Assembly (NCBI GenBank): GCA_012295275.1
Contig: CM022672.1
Location: 28,396,001 to 28,460,000, forward strand
Length of the DNA stretch: 64,000 nt
Reading direction: 5' to 3'
From: Chrysomallon squamiferum
Lineage: Eukaryota > Animalia > Mollusca
The notes under the pieces were generated by a model that was not told where the DNA came from, ran no database searches, and saw only the letters and a list, made by a program, of their open reading frames with translations. Positions 1 to 15,300 of this stretch are shown piece after piece (position 1 is the first letter of the stretch; each line of letters opens with the position of its first letter). A program made the translations under genes and the position numbers.

Positions 1-222
1 CTAGATTCTAAAAATATTTTTTTAGTTCTGTACCTTTAAATAAAATACATATAAAATAAATAGTTTATTTATTATTTTCTTTTGCGAAATTCATTTAGAA
101 GGCAGCATTTTCAAAACAATGAATATTTCACATACGATAAACAAAATGGCCTTTTTTAATTATATCTTTTATTTTCTTTTATCTAAACTGTAAATTAGAT
201 ATTTTACAGTATGTATGCTTAC

Positions 223-348
223 TGTATACTGTTGTGGAGGCTGCTGACTTGCTTCTAGCAGGATGACTTCCATGATCTGAAGAATCTGCTCTGTGATTGT
301 CTGCCCCTTTGAAGCACTGGCTCCACCTTCCTGTTCTGTCCACAGTGC
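223..348 (-). CDS. UBR4: UBR4 exon (ALWTEQEGG...QQYT)
   Basis: AG/GT boundaries, 126 nt in frame. Confidence 0.88.
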
Positions 349-3300
349 CTTTACAGAAAAAAATATAAAATAAAATCATATCTGTGAAGCAAATGTTTAA
401 TTATAAAAAGCTTAAAATAAAACTAATAGCCATCCTTGTTTTGCTTACCTACATAATACTTATTTCCAACTATCTTTTTAATATTTATTTCTCCCATTAT
501 TAGTTTAAATATTTACTTTTGTTCAATATACTTAAGATATTTTCTCCAAGTGAATGGTTCTGTAAATAATACAATCAATTCTAACTTTAATTTTCTTGGT
601 TTTCATAGTATAATACCACTTGCCACATTTATTTTTTAATTACAAATTACCAGGTTAAGAGCACCAAGCATGATGTTGATAGTGTTCATTTCAGGTTTAA
701 TAAGCTCCTGTCTGTTTGCCTTCACATTGACAGCAAAACCAAACAGTTTGAGTAAGACAACCATTAGCTGTTTGCCAAGAACAAGATCTTTAATTGATGC
801 CAATCTGGAAAAAATAAATACCAGATAAATAAATTATGAAAACTAAAAACTTGTAACACTGCAAAAGAAGTCTTGTTATGATGTTTATAACATAATACAT
901 TAAACATCAAGATCTGAAATCAGCACAAAAATAAATCTGTGCGAAAATTCTTCTTTGCCTATTATAATATCCAGCAACCCGCTATTACTTTACAGTTTTA
1001 ACATGTAATTTTGATTTGTAACACACACTGAATGAAAGATGAGAGAAATCACTAATTAATTATCTTTATTATCCAAAAATAAATCTGAATGGATATATTA
1101 AATAATATAACTTTATTTAACTGAACATTTATTTTCTATTTCTTAATATATGTCATAGATTTTAGATATTTGTACAATACACATTTGAGTACTTCAAGTA
1201 TAATAATGCAGTGAAAATGCAGTGAAAACTCACCTTTCTAACATAATTTGTAGTCCACCACATTCTTTCAAAACAAGAGCCATTTTGAACACCTCTTCTT
1301 TATCAATGTCCTCCTCTGTGATGGGGGAACAAAATAATAAAAAATACCTCTAGTGTTACATGTTATATTTGTTTTCACAATAGAGACTGAGAGCTAATGT
1401 TCAGTGAACAACAATATGTTGTAACTATTATGACTACAACACAACTTGATATATAACTATTATAAATGGTTTTACTGTCAGACAGTACATATACCACTTA
1501 CTACATTTTCAAATATCTTTACATTTAAGACCATCACTGAAAGGTTAATAAGGTTGCAAGTAGCATCATTAGAAAATACAAACACAATTAAATATTATCA
1601 ACATCTAATAATCTAACATTTGTGTGGATGTCCAGGAAAACCCTTGACATGGTTGAAATTTTACTTTCCATTTTATTGTGTCAGGCACTAACGTCTCCCT
1701 TGAACACAAAACAGTTTGAATAATCAAAATGTCATATCCTGAACTAAGCACAAGTAATAAATTTGGCTCCATGAACCAAGAATGATTCTTAAGGCCAATA
1801 AACCTCTTCTTAATTTTGCATAATGGTTGGTTTTATATTTAGGAATTTGGAGAGCATGGAAAATTAAAAAAAAAAAAAAAAAAAAAAATATATATATTTT
1901 TTTTTTTGCCAGTAACAGTCATTATTTCAGATTTTGCAGTGAAATGACAATAAACTTAAAAATAATCTGTATCAATTCCTTTTCTAATAGTATCATGAAG
2001 ACATGCAGCACAATACTTTTGGGAGATTTGGCTATTTCTCTGACACTTTGATCAGGAAACTAAATCAGGAACATGAAAATAATGACGTCATCTGTAACTT
2101 TGCACTACATTTTTGCCTCTAGAGCAGAAATAGTTCCAGTGACCTCTGATAGGTTTTCCCAGACCGCCACATATTTAGTTATTAATTTTTAATGTTTTAA
2201 CTATTTGAAAATGTTTTAACTGACTCACCAGATTTAGTGTCAAATGAGTTGACCATGTCTTCAGTGGCATCACCTAGCAGTCCTCTCATCCTGTATGTTA
2301 TTGGCATTGGTTCACCCTACAACAACACATTAAACTTTTATAGTAATATACCAAAACTAAACTAATTTGAGATAAAACTGCAAACCAAAAGTTTTAAAAT
2401 GTCAGTAACTTGACTTATAATTTTATAATATTTTAGTTTCTGTTGACAAAGTATTATTTCTTATAAATAAAGAAAGAGAATAAGAAATCAAATACAAAAT
2501 TAATTAACTGTTCTATTCAAAACAGCTTTGATACCTGGTCTTAACAAGCACATTACTGAAAAAGGCACTCGTAACTTGAATACCTATATTCTGTGTAAAT
2601 TATAGTCAAGGTTTTCTCAGCTATCTTATTTAACAAGGATGGCAACCATTCTTGTTTTTGGAAACTGTGTGGTTTGTTTAAACAATTAATGTGATATCCA
2701 GTATTTTTGACACAAAAACTGACCTCTCCATGTTCTGGCAGCCACACCTTTTTGTAGACCTCCTTCACTGGCAAATCCAAGCTTATTATCTTCTTATTCA
2801 CCAACAGCTGAAAAATAACATTAATTTTATGTGAAAGTTAGTTTTCTTGACACTTCTTCACGTTATACTCTTATCTAAAAATTTATTTTAATAAATATTT
2901 ATGACAATTTTTCTTTTCAACAAGTTTTTACTACAATGTGTTATTTTTCTTATTTATACTTTGATATCAATGTAAAGCATACTTGAAATCAATAAATGAT
3001 ACTGTAAAAATATGATTCAACAATAAATAAAAACTGCTTACTTCCATTCCTGTGTCATCTTCTAACAGTGCTACAAGCTCACAATCTGAAGTAAAACAAC
3101 AGCTTTTATACTACAATACTGACAACAGAGTTCTTTAAATAAAATAAAATTAATTCTTTAACACCAAATTTATATATTACCTTAACTTATCTTTAATTTT
3201 ATTAAGTTTTATCATATGCATTAATACAATCTGTGAATAAAGAAGAACAGTTCGTTTTAAACTTTCTTTGAAACCAAAATAAATGAGAACTTCTTATATT

Positions 3301-6300
3301 AAATCTATATTTTTATTAACAGTAACCTTGACAGATCTTGTTCTTTATGTCTCTCATGAGAGGTCCCATGCCTGGTTCGTTACAGCTGTATGGATTTCCA
3401 AGCATCCTCCCCTGCAGGAAATCTTCCTGCTGAGGATCTTTCTCAAGAATTGTGAAGAATTCGTTTACATCATTCTCCTCCTATTTAATAATAATAATAA
3501 TAATAATAATAATAGTAATAATAATAATAATAATAATAATATTTAATAAATATTTATTTAACAACACCTGAGCAGTATTTTTCTATGAATAATTAATTAT
3601 TTGATGTCAAACAAATTCACAGGGCTCATAGAAAGTTATATACATGTTAAATGGTTGTCCTGTGATTCTGCATGACACCAAATAATTTGCTGTTCTTAAA
3701 AAATTATGAGCACGAAGTTTGTGAGTGCACTTACAGGATAGATAATACTGCAAAGTCTTTCAAATATGAACACTGGTGACCTGTAGTCATCAAGTGGGTA
3801 TTTCTTCACTGTCTGTACACACACTGACATAAACTCTTTTGTTTCTGACTCAGTACCTGAAAATAGTAATTACACATCTAATCTCTATACATTCAATTTC
3901 ATTATCAACATATTTGTTGTGAAGGATAAAACAAAATAAACAGTGCAAATAAAAAGGGTCAGTAATATCAGTTTTGTACAATATAATCTGTGTTATAATT
4001 GTTTTATACCATCTTTCTGAACAAAGGATTTTTTTAGAGTAGATCAGTAGTTACCAAATTATTCTGTGCGTAAATTCTTCTTTGCCTATCATATTATCCA
4101 GCAACTCCCAATTACTTTACAGTTTTAATGAGTAATTTTGATTTGTAACATACACTGAATGAAAGATGAGAGAAATCACTAATTAATTATCTTTATTGTC
4201 CACTTTGGTAAAAACTCCATTAGATGGATCGACTGCCTTGAACTAATTAATTATTAATTTTTAACAATTTAACCCTCTCTGATTCTTTTCCGTATCTCTA
4301 AAAAGGTGCATATGTGATAGTTATTTATACTCAGTTTAAGATTAGGTATTATTAATCATACTTTTCATTTTTTTATTACAAGTGTACCTGTTGTTAGTTC
4401 TTCCAAGAGTTCTAACATTTTCTCCTGTGTTTCATCTATAAGTTTTGTCCTTTGTACAACCAGTTTGCGCAGTGACAAATAGCCATTCAGTATGTAGCCA
4501 ACCAGTTTGTTTTTGTAGTGTTGTTTGAGTGTCTCCTGCTCCACAAACAATGACAGCAATTCTACAAAGAAAATATATTATTCATAAAACAGTTATCTCA
4601 ATTTAAATAAAATAACTAGATATTAATAAACATTAATCATTATTATTTTTATCCACTGACTTATATCCAAGTTTTCTTGGGGGGGGGGGTAAAAAATATT
4701 TAACAAAATTAATCTTGTATTATAACAATGTATATTCTGCATATACTAAGTCCAATGATTTTGCATTTCTAAAACAAAGAAAGTGTAAATAACTGCCAAT
4801 ATTAAATGTGCAAATCAACACAAATACCTGTCAAAGATTTCAAAGCAAAGCCTTGTGCAAGGTCAGAGTTCAAAGTGATTTCTTCAAGATACTGAATATG
4901 TTCCACTTCCTGAAATGATAAATATCTAACTCAATGGTTCTCAAACTTTCTGAAGTCGGGGCACACTTGAACACTTAAAACAAAATTGCAGGCACACTAT
5001 ATACAAAATGCTAAGAAATATAATGCAAAATATAAAAAATACAGAAATAACTGAAAGAAGGGTATATACCTTTATTCATCATCTATTTTGTGCTGATGAG
5101 AAGTATCAGCCTGACGTGCCTTGACAATTTCTTCAAAAATATTGTGATGTGAAATACAAAGCAATAGACTGTTAAAATGTCAAAAAACTGTACAAAGGCT
5201 ATATTTTTAATGGTGTGCATTGTGCAGTGAGGGAAAACTGTTATCATTTGTTTGCTTTTAACAAATGTAACACTATAATAGGCTAAAATTCCATAAAGTA
5301 TTAAAGTTTTAGATGGGTCCTGACTGTGACAGTGATAGGAATATGTGTCACAAGAAAACTCTGGCCATTTATCACACATGCACACCCTATCACTCATACT
5401 GTCACCGGTAAACTACTGAGCAGCCATGAGCAGCTGTGCTTGCTCATCAGCCAAAACTCATTTCAAATGAGTTTACAACGTTTATAAAATCTTCTTCCAG
5501 GCAACCGGCTATTTCTTTCTGGATATCTTACCGCTCTTAACATAATAATAATGATCTGCCATAAAGAATATTTTAATGCTGAATTGTGGATATCATGTAC
5601 TATAAATCAATTTTTTATCAATTTGCACCCAGGCACACCCTTTGAGAACCACTGATGCATCTAACACAAACAGAAATAAAGAATCTACCTGTACAGCGAA
5701 ACTATTCAAAACCATAACAAATAACTGGAAGTAAAACAGTTTTTAGAAAACTATTGGAGAAAGTGAGAATTAAGCCTCTTAAAACAATTACTTCTCCTAA
5801 CTGAATAGCATATTTCATGAAAAGAAATAATAATAATACAAGTTTTTAAAACATACTCCTCTCTTTACACATTACAAACATAAATTCAGTAAATATAATC
5901 AATCAATCTTTTAACTTGCACTAACATTACTTACTTTTGTAATGAGATCACCAAGATGTAGTGGTACACCTTTAATGGCCAGGTAATATTTCCACTGATC
6001 AGGAGCAAGAAGTTTTTTGTATAGACGCAGAAAATCAGTAGCACATTCACCACTACTGCCAACATGATCAAGACAACTTTAAAATAAAATAAACAAAAAT
6101 TAACTATATTCTATATGTGAAAAAACAAATATAACCACAAATAGTGAAAAATAATTTTAAATCTCCATTTTAACCATACTGATTTAAAACTCGAAGTAAA
6201 ATTTTATTAAATGAAAATGAATTAAACATAAAACTTTCATTTTTGAAATAAACTTAATAAAAATGAATATATCAGATACCTTGTAAGCATATCCATGACT

Positions 6301-9300
6301 TCCTTCCTGCGACTGGGTACTTTGGCAATAGCCTCAATAATGCTGCAGGCAGTTTGTCGTGCAGATCGTGATGATGGTGAAAACATTGCCTGCTGCAGCC
6401 ATGTTGTCTGTGTTAACTTGAGCTGTATCGCTGGTGTCTTCCACATCTTTTGTTGCCAGCGATTTACATACTTCTCCATCAGGTATCTAGATCGAACCTC
6501 CTTCTTTGCTTCTTTCTTTTTATCCCCAGGTTCACTAGCTCCTGTAACAAAGTATTAAAATCATACATGTAAAACTGTTAAAAACTTGTAACAAATTATA
6601 TGGTAGAATGAGTGATGAATAATTATTTAACAAGAAGGGAGTGAAATCTAATTTTTTTATGATGATATAAAAGATACAGAGTGCAAACACTGCTATTGGC
6701 AACAACTGTTTATTAGCACCAAGTAATTTTTTTACCTTCTGCTAGATGTCAAAGAACATTTTGCTTTAAAAATATATTAAAAATGGTATTATAAATATTT
6801 TATTTTTGGCCTATCAGTACTTTTGATATTCTAACCAATTTTCTGGATTAGTAACAAGGAACTTAAATTTAGTTGAAAATAATTATAAATTGATTATCTA
6901 AAATAACATAATTTAAGCAAAACTAAGAAATGGATACCTCTTCTTGGCAGTCTTTTCTGCCAGTTCTGGTAGGAGTATCTTGGATCACCAGCAAGCCATT
7001 TTTTCACATCCATGTGGAATTTGGCTGGTAGGTTTAGATCTAGGTTATCACCTTCAGAACTAGCCTGTTTAATCAATAACAAAATAAATTCAAAAACATA
7101 TATATATATATATATGTTTGTGTATGTGTGTCTGTGTCTCTTTTTTTGTTGGTTATTTCAAAATTAAATATATACAGCAATTATTAATTACATCTAAGGT
7201 AAAAATTATTCAAATAGTCAAAACTTGTATTTCAAACAACAGGCACAGTTTATGTTAAGATAATAAAACAACTCACTCTGTTTGGTCCTTTAGTCACTGG
7301 TGCCTCATGATTGACGAGGCTCTGAAGTATGCGAAGACAAGGTAGAGTAATGCTCTCCATGATGACTGGTGACTTCATGTTCATCCCCATCAAAAACAAA
7401 CGCATAACTGAAAACAATTTGTTGTTGAAGTGTAAAATTACTATTGTTTACAATTTAAAACTTTTTATTATATTTACATAATAACAGATTTCCAGTAAAG
7501 TGAATCAGTGAACATTTGTTTGCTTTAAAAAGCAGGGTACCTCAATACATATTTTATTATTAATGTGAAACTTGGCATATACTGTACTAACTAGAATTGA
7601 TTCTGTTCTGATTATAAAGCACATCCTGTAATATTTCATCAGTATACAGAGAGAGGTTTTTAAGTAGCAGACAAACATGTCAAACATATACCATACCACA
7701 TCGAACTCTCTGTTCCCAGCAACTGTCATCTTGGTTTAGAGAACTAGCTAATAGAAGAATCTCATGACGAACTGATGAACCCTGCACAAAATATTCCATT
7801 GAATTATTTAAACAGTTATAATTTCATTTAAGGAATTATTTACCATAAAAAGTGTATACCTGATAAAAAGAAAAATGAAAGAAAACTTTAGTAAGAAATT
7901 AAATTTTAAACAGAATAAATTGTTCACATTACTCTCATTATCAAGCAAGTCAACAACATAAAATAATTTTTATAATCTCATAGCGCTTTACATAAATTTA
8001 AACAAAAGAACCATATGATGCTCAGATGTGTGTGTTCCTGGGTTACAAAAATGTAAGTTTTGCTACTGAAACGAAGACAGATAATCTCAGATAAATTGTG
8101 TTTCATTAGATACATTTCTTTTGTGTTTACTAATTACAGATAATTTTATTCAAATACTAATTATTTTATGTTTATAATCTTTTGATTATCTGGTCTCTAT
8201 ATATGAAACAGAGAAAAGAAATCATTGACAAATACATTATAATAAGTAAATAAACTGCTAATAAATCCAAATAATTAAAGTTCTGTTTGACCATCTGAAA
8301 TTCTTTTACAGGAAATTACAATGACAAACTTTTAAACGTTGTTTTTAATTTTAAAGTTATGGCAAGTTTTGTGTGACAAAGAAAGGCAGAGTTAAAATTT
8401 GTCCATCAAATGGCTTCTCTTTTCTCTTTGATTCCGCAGTGTTCACTGATATCCAAAAGAATCTAATGAATATGAGCACTGGGGGTCTGAGTCTGGGTTC
8501 TGGATATGTCTTACTTCAACTCTGTAAGATTGTCTTGATCTCCCATTTGATTTGTTTTATCTTTGATGTACTGCTTGAATGAAAGTTTATTTTTGAAGAA
8601 ATCATATCCTCATCAAGGGACGCTTTTCACTGTGGAACAAAGTAATAATATCTGAACTCAGTCAAGAGATAGTTGGACAATGGCCTTGTTTTAAAGTTAC
8701 ATATCTTACCTGACTCATCCATCTAGGGGTCATCCTCATCAACACAATGGAGCAGTGACCAGACTTCCAGAAACCTATCTCTAGGCATGAAATCACTGAA
8801 CCTGTATGTAACAGTGGGGTGAATGTCTTTCTTGTACAAATACTGTTCATAAGCTATCCTTATGTAAAAGCATTTCCATATTAGATCTTCCTCGCTAAGA
8901 GCTTTCTCTGTAAGGAACTTAGCATATAGCAGTTTAGATTAAGATGCTATTTTATGGTTAACCTGGTAGTGTGTTTCTATAAGAACCAAGTTCCAAAGTA
9001 AATTCTGTCCTCTGTAATCAATTGAATTAGGTAGATTCCTGGGTTCAAGGTGCTCAGGCAGAGTAAATTTGAAATCAGAAAAGCCTGAAGTGTTAGCAGA
9101 CCATCCTGGGGATATTGGAGCTCTTGGTGCCTTTGGTTACTATCTTTAGAACGACCACATTCTTCGTACAGCACTTAGAACAATCTTTAGCTCCAGCTGC
9201 CTCAACAACAGTGTTACTTCTAATGCTAACATTCTCATCCTGCTCTGATTCAAAGTTACTGCTATGTCCATAATTGTCTTTAAGTGCATCCTCCTCATTT

Positions 9301-12300
9301 CATTCCACGTGTGATACAAGCTCTATAATTTACTCACCAGTGCTTCCATAAATCAAAGGCAATAAACTGGAAATAAACTGGACATTTACATGAGCACCTG
9401 TGTCTAAGATAGTATGGGACGGATTTGATTTTAGGCAATAGTGTAGTCTAAACTTGGAAATCTCTGGCAAATATTTCATCTGTTTTTTAAGATTCTTACC
9501 TCATGGATTTTAAATATTTAAAAGACCTAATTTTAAAAAAGATGTTATTTAAATTATTTTAATTTGTGTCACCTTTGACTGGTTACAAATATAAAAACAA
9601 TCAATTCTGCGTATTTACCAAGTCTGGGTTTGACTGGTGTCCTTTAATAGCTGCTGTGATACGAGTCATAATGAGATTGTTCATTTCCTCTGTTCCTCGC
9701 CGATTGTCTTTAGTCAGCAAACACAGCAGAGACCTCACCTCATTCCTCACAGACAGCGTTCCATGTCGCAAATTGTAGTCTATCAGCTGCTGAATCATAC
9801 CCTGCACAATAACATATATTTAAATACACATTTACATCATTTTAACAAATTCTCACAGATCAAGCATTAAAAAGCAAAAGATTTAAAAGAAAATTAAAAA
9901 AATTAAATATATTAATAAAAAGGTGACTAACCTGAGTACAGAGTATCTGTCTCATGTTGGTGTTGGTGACGAGGGCTCGCAGCAGTGTAATGCAGTGTTC
10001 AACAGCAGCACTGGCACAACCGTAGCAATTGGTGGAACGACAACTACCATTTCAAAAACAGAAATATCATAATTAATTAAATAAATATTGTCAATTTATT
10101 CATTCAAATTTTTATGTTTATTTGTATGTTATGTATGTAGACAGATTGACATATGGAAAAATGAACAGAGAGATAAGCAGACAGAGACATATGGAAAGAT
10201 CATGTTCTCATTCCAAAAATCTATATAACATATTACAACATTAGTGTTCTGTAAAAAGAAATGGACAAATGATATATTTTATCTATAAAACAATTTTTTT
10301 TTTTCCCCTTTCTCACAAAAGAACACAATATATTTTTATGTATATTTGTTTCCTAATAAAATATATAATCATAATATAACATTCATGTTTGTTTTATCCC
10401 AAAAGAGAATTATTTTATTAAAAATAACTAACCTCTCTTTTGATTTCCTGACTGTTGGTGGGGAACAGGGCAACACCTCAATGACTTTGCTGAGTTTTCT
10501 ACCAGGAAATATATCCTTGCCCTTCTGGGCCACTGCTTCTCTTTGTTGTCTATCATATTCAACAAGCTCTCGTCGACAAGCCAGCACTTTCTAAAATTCA
10601 TTTTAAAAAATACAGATCTAATACACCAACTACTGTGTAAGATGACACGTAATGATATATATATTCCCAAAAAATAAAGAAAATAAGAACAGACATTATC
10701 ATCATCATCTTTTACAGTTGTTTAAAAGAATCTTCAGATGAAGCAAAATGCATTTGCATAAACACTCAAAATGCTAATGGCCTAAAGTGTTTTACAATAA
10801 ATACATTTTACATCACATCCTTGATTTGTCATATATAACATAATATAACAGAAATTCAATTTCAATTTTAAAATCCTATCTACCAGTGTTTCGAAAAGAA
10901 TTACCTGAATGATTTTGCTGAGTTCATCAAAGGAAGAATTACACTCCATGCAGTACTTCTGAGCTAGAAGCTGAATGGCCTTGTTAACACTGCAGGCTGG
11001 AACACCAACTGATCCACTGGTAGGTACTTCATCCTAAATCAGATTTGGTTTCAAATTAAATTAATAGTTAAATATTATTAGTTACTGACATGAATTACAG
11101 ATTGTATTTCAAATGCAAAATTTATTAACCAAAAATTTCAAACTGATTTATTTTTTTAGGAATAATATATTCAAAGCATAAACTGTTAAACAAGAACATC
11201 TACAAACTACAGTGAACTAGAAGTGTTTCCAGTTTAAAGGTGACATAATCAGACATAAAGTGAAGTGTACATACCCCAACTCTTTCAGTGCTGTGTTCTG
11301 TAACCTGTATAAGTAGGTTCTCCAGTAATGGTCTGTGAGTCTGTAACTGTTTATAGATCTTGTCAGCTTTTTCCAGCATTGAGTTGATAGTGGAAATAGC
11401 CTAGAGAATAACAGAAACACTACATAATAGGTCCTGTCTATACGTATGTAAGGTATTATTTACACTCCATACTGATACAGCAGCAACTTTAAACAATTAG
11501 ATAAAAGTATTAGAACATTTTTAATAAATATTTACTGCAAAGGAATCTAGTAAGGAGAATGTGACTGCTACTTTTTCAAAGTATAAAACAGTTAAATTTT
11601 ATTTAAAGTTTAGGCACACCTTTTTGCGATCCTCTTCATTTTCTATTGGATCAACAGCACAGCATGGCTTGGCAACCAGAGTAAAGTCAAATTTAGCATA
11701 TTTGCAAAAGCCACAAGCATTACACAGGAATGGATCCTTTTCATCATAATTGATTGCTCTGTATATTTAAGAACATCTGGTGTTTAAGATAGTGTTAACT
11801 AAATCAAAACATAAATATAGGTTTATTTCTCATTAATAAAGTCTGACTGTGTGATGATTCAGAATTAAAAAAGGCATAAAGAATGTTCCAGAAGATTCAA
11901 TAAACCCATACCTCTATTTCACAAATTTAATACTTTATAAATGATGAATTACATACTTTAGGATCATAAAATAAAGTACTTAGTATTTAAGAATAAAGAA
12001 TACCTGCTTGATAAATGACTGATGAAATCAATTCAGATTTCATTATGTTAATTAAATGATTACCATTAAAGTACATTTTGTATCTTCTATCACTGACTTT
12101 TCAACTGACCAACATTTTTATTTATTCATACAAATACAGATATATGAATGCACCCACGTACCCATATATAAGCATGTGCAGATATGCACCCACTCAAACA
12201 CAAACAAACAAATACACACACATTCACACACACATATTTTACTATAAGCATAAAACTTAAAAAGATCTATATTGTGCACTTTCTCAAAAACAGGTTCAAC

Positions 12301-15300
12301 TATCATGACAAATTACCTAATTAGGAAAATAGTACCAATGCTGCATAAAGAATAAACTAGATAAACAATTTTAATTTCTAAAAACAATAAAATCAGGACA
12401 CACAACTGAGTCCTGAGAGACATACCTGCATTTGTGACACTGGTAGACATTTTCTCCACAGTTTCCACACACTCCAGGGTTTGCTGGTACTGAAGCACTG
12501 CAACGTGGACATTGCAATGTCTCTGCTGTGGCTTGCAGGTTGTCATAAAAATCTGTGTATTCTATCATTAAGTTGCAGGCTACTATTGGAATGGGAAATT
12601 CCACCTAAAATAAATTCATTCATTCTGTATTTTTTTTTTTTATTATTATTATTTTTTTTTTTATAAAGATATACTGCTAGTAGCATTAACTGATTTGTTT
12701 TGTGGTGGGATATTCTTATTTTAGAATGCAAAATTTTCACAGAAACAAGCAACAGACCTTTTCGAACTTCAACAAATGGATATTTTTCTTGTGTTATCAT
12801 TTATTTTTATTAAAGTATATGTTCATGTTTGTTAATTTAATAAATTTTATATATATATATATGCAAGTAACTTAATCTATTTTATAGTGCATATTCATCC
12901 CTTTGAAAATGGCGTATTTATCTTAATTAATTCATTCATTTTATTTTCATTAGAAATACCTTAACATCAGTCTGTCCAGCTGTCAGGGTTACTTTCTTTG
13001 CTTTGTGCCAGAGGCCTGGCCTAAAACATACACAAATTGAAATAAGTAAAACTATTTTCCAACACCAGTATTTTTTTTTCATTTATACATTTTCCAAATT
13101 CTATATAGTTTACTTTTTATCATTTTGTATTTTTTTTAAATCTTAAGAAAGATAAATTAAATAAAAGAAACAACATAGTGTATTATATTAACATTTTTAA
13201 TTAACAGTATATGATAAAAGATGAAATATTGTTAAAAATCATTTTTATAACATTTATTTCCCTGAATTTAATGTATCTCAATTAAAAAAGCTTTTAGTGA
13301 TTATTTTAGAATTTTACCTGTTTTTCAGTTCAACTACAGCCTGTACTGAACGGTTGTTGTAGTAGATGTTGAGAGCTTTAACCTGAAATAATAAATTTAA
13401 CAATAAAACATTTGTGTTTTAAAAACAATGGAAAAACAATATTTTGTTTTCAAAACACTACTGCCTAGTGCCACAAAAAAAATGTTCGTGCAGTTACATT
13501 GAACTCAGAGGTGTAAACAAAAACAAACAGAGTTATGAATGTTTATAAAATGTAATTTATATTTATAAAAAAAATAAAAAGGAACAGAATTATTAACAAA
13601 CATACCATTTTAGTTCTCTTAAGATCACTGATACGAAGTGATATCTTGGAGATGGAATGACTGCCAACCAGTTTTACAATATGAGTGCTGGTAGTAAACT
13701 TGGAATCCACTTTCACTGCAGATAATTTCAAATTCTGAAAACAAAGAGAAAATTAAACAGTTAAATAACAAAAAGTAGGTAGTGGCAGACATATTAATTT
13801 TTTTTTTATTATTTTTTTTTATCTAATTTTCATTTTTGTGTTAGTTAAAGATAATTTCTGAACACAATACAGTACAAAAAAACTACTCTGATAATTGCTT
13901 ACATTTGCAAATTGACAGCACTGCAGCAGCACTAGCAAACATGACAGAATACATTTTCTGCCGCTCATAACAAGCCTTGTCTGTGGTCATATCTTGTAAT
14001 CTGTTTTACAACTACCCCAAGAACCACTAAAATTTTCAAGGCTGAGCATAGACTTATTAAATGTCAATTCATTTAAACTGAGAAAAATAAATATATACAA
14101 TGACAAATGTGCAAAAAACTACATTTTTGCCAATGTCATTCCATTTTTGATGAGCAATATTGCCTGGGATTAAAAAGTCTGAAAATACTCCACATAGACA
14201 GCATTGGAATTTTTTTTTTTCAATCACCATTATATTCTGCTTGATGATATGGTTCTTCAAACCTGATGAAAAGGCCAAAACTAAAACACTGTGAAATAAG
14301 AAATAGAAACCTACCCCTTGAGTTAAAAAATTCCAAATTTAAAAAATTATTTTAAAATATAAAGCATATTTTTTTATTCCTAAACAAAAAAGACAAGGGT
14401 GTTAGACTATGAAAGCTGATAGCATAATTCATTTCAGAAGAAAAGAGCAAAAGAAACTTCCTTATTTTTAAGTAAATTGGAGTATCCAAAATCAAACAAA
14501 ACACAAAATTTGAAAGCAAATCTTTACTGTTATTTCCTAATGTCACATGTTGCTAGCAAATCAAGTTAAAAGAGGTTAAAAACAATAGATTTTGCATATT
14601 TTGTATACTGATTGAATAAACAGAAAAAAACAGTAGCTCAACATATTAACTGACTGAACAATATATTAATAGTATATGAATACATAAACAAAACAATGAA
14701 CAATTTTTGGACATATTACTAGAAGATCTATCTCTGTTTGCTTTAATGGTAAAATTAAGATGTGAATGTTGTTCAGCACGCTGGTAAAAATAATCAACTA
14801 AGTGAACAGGATAGCTATTATACTTACTGAGTTGGGAACTTCTGGGTTGTTACATACAAGACAAGGGTCACTTTCGAGATAGTAGCCATCAAAATCAACC
14901 AGTCCTTGCAGCATGCTTTAAGCAAATAATAAAAATACTTTTAGAAATGCTATTATCCAATTTAAAGTCTGATCCAGTATTAGGTCTCAATAACAGCTTT
15001 TTATTTCTTTGTTTCAGGGCTAAGGAAGTTATGATATATATTTATTTATCATTTTGTCTTTCAATTAATTATAAATCAACTTTGACAGAACATAGTTTTT
15101 ATTAATCAGATAAACTTTAGCCCCAAAATTAATCTGGACTAATTACTTACTTGTAAATAGTAGCATTGGGATGGTTTGAAAGAACCTGGTTTTCTTCTCT
15201 CAAAATCATTACTGCTTTTTCCAAGTATTCTCGAACCTGAAATGAAAAATAATATTTGTTATGAAAATGAAAGGATACAGAAACTATAAGGTATAAACAT

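Noticed and set aside
6542-6937. Possible U12-type intron (donor GTATCCATTT)
   Set aside because: The donor deviates from GTATCCTT and there is no TCCTTAAC branch site near the acceptor, so U2-type is more likely.
13870-14580. Possible piggyBac-type MITE ending in AAAGAGGTTAA
   Set aside because: No matching left terminus was found.
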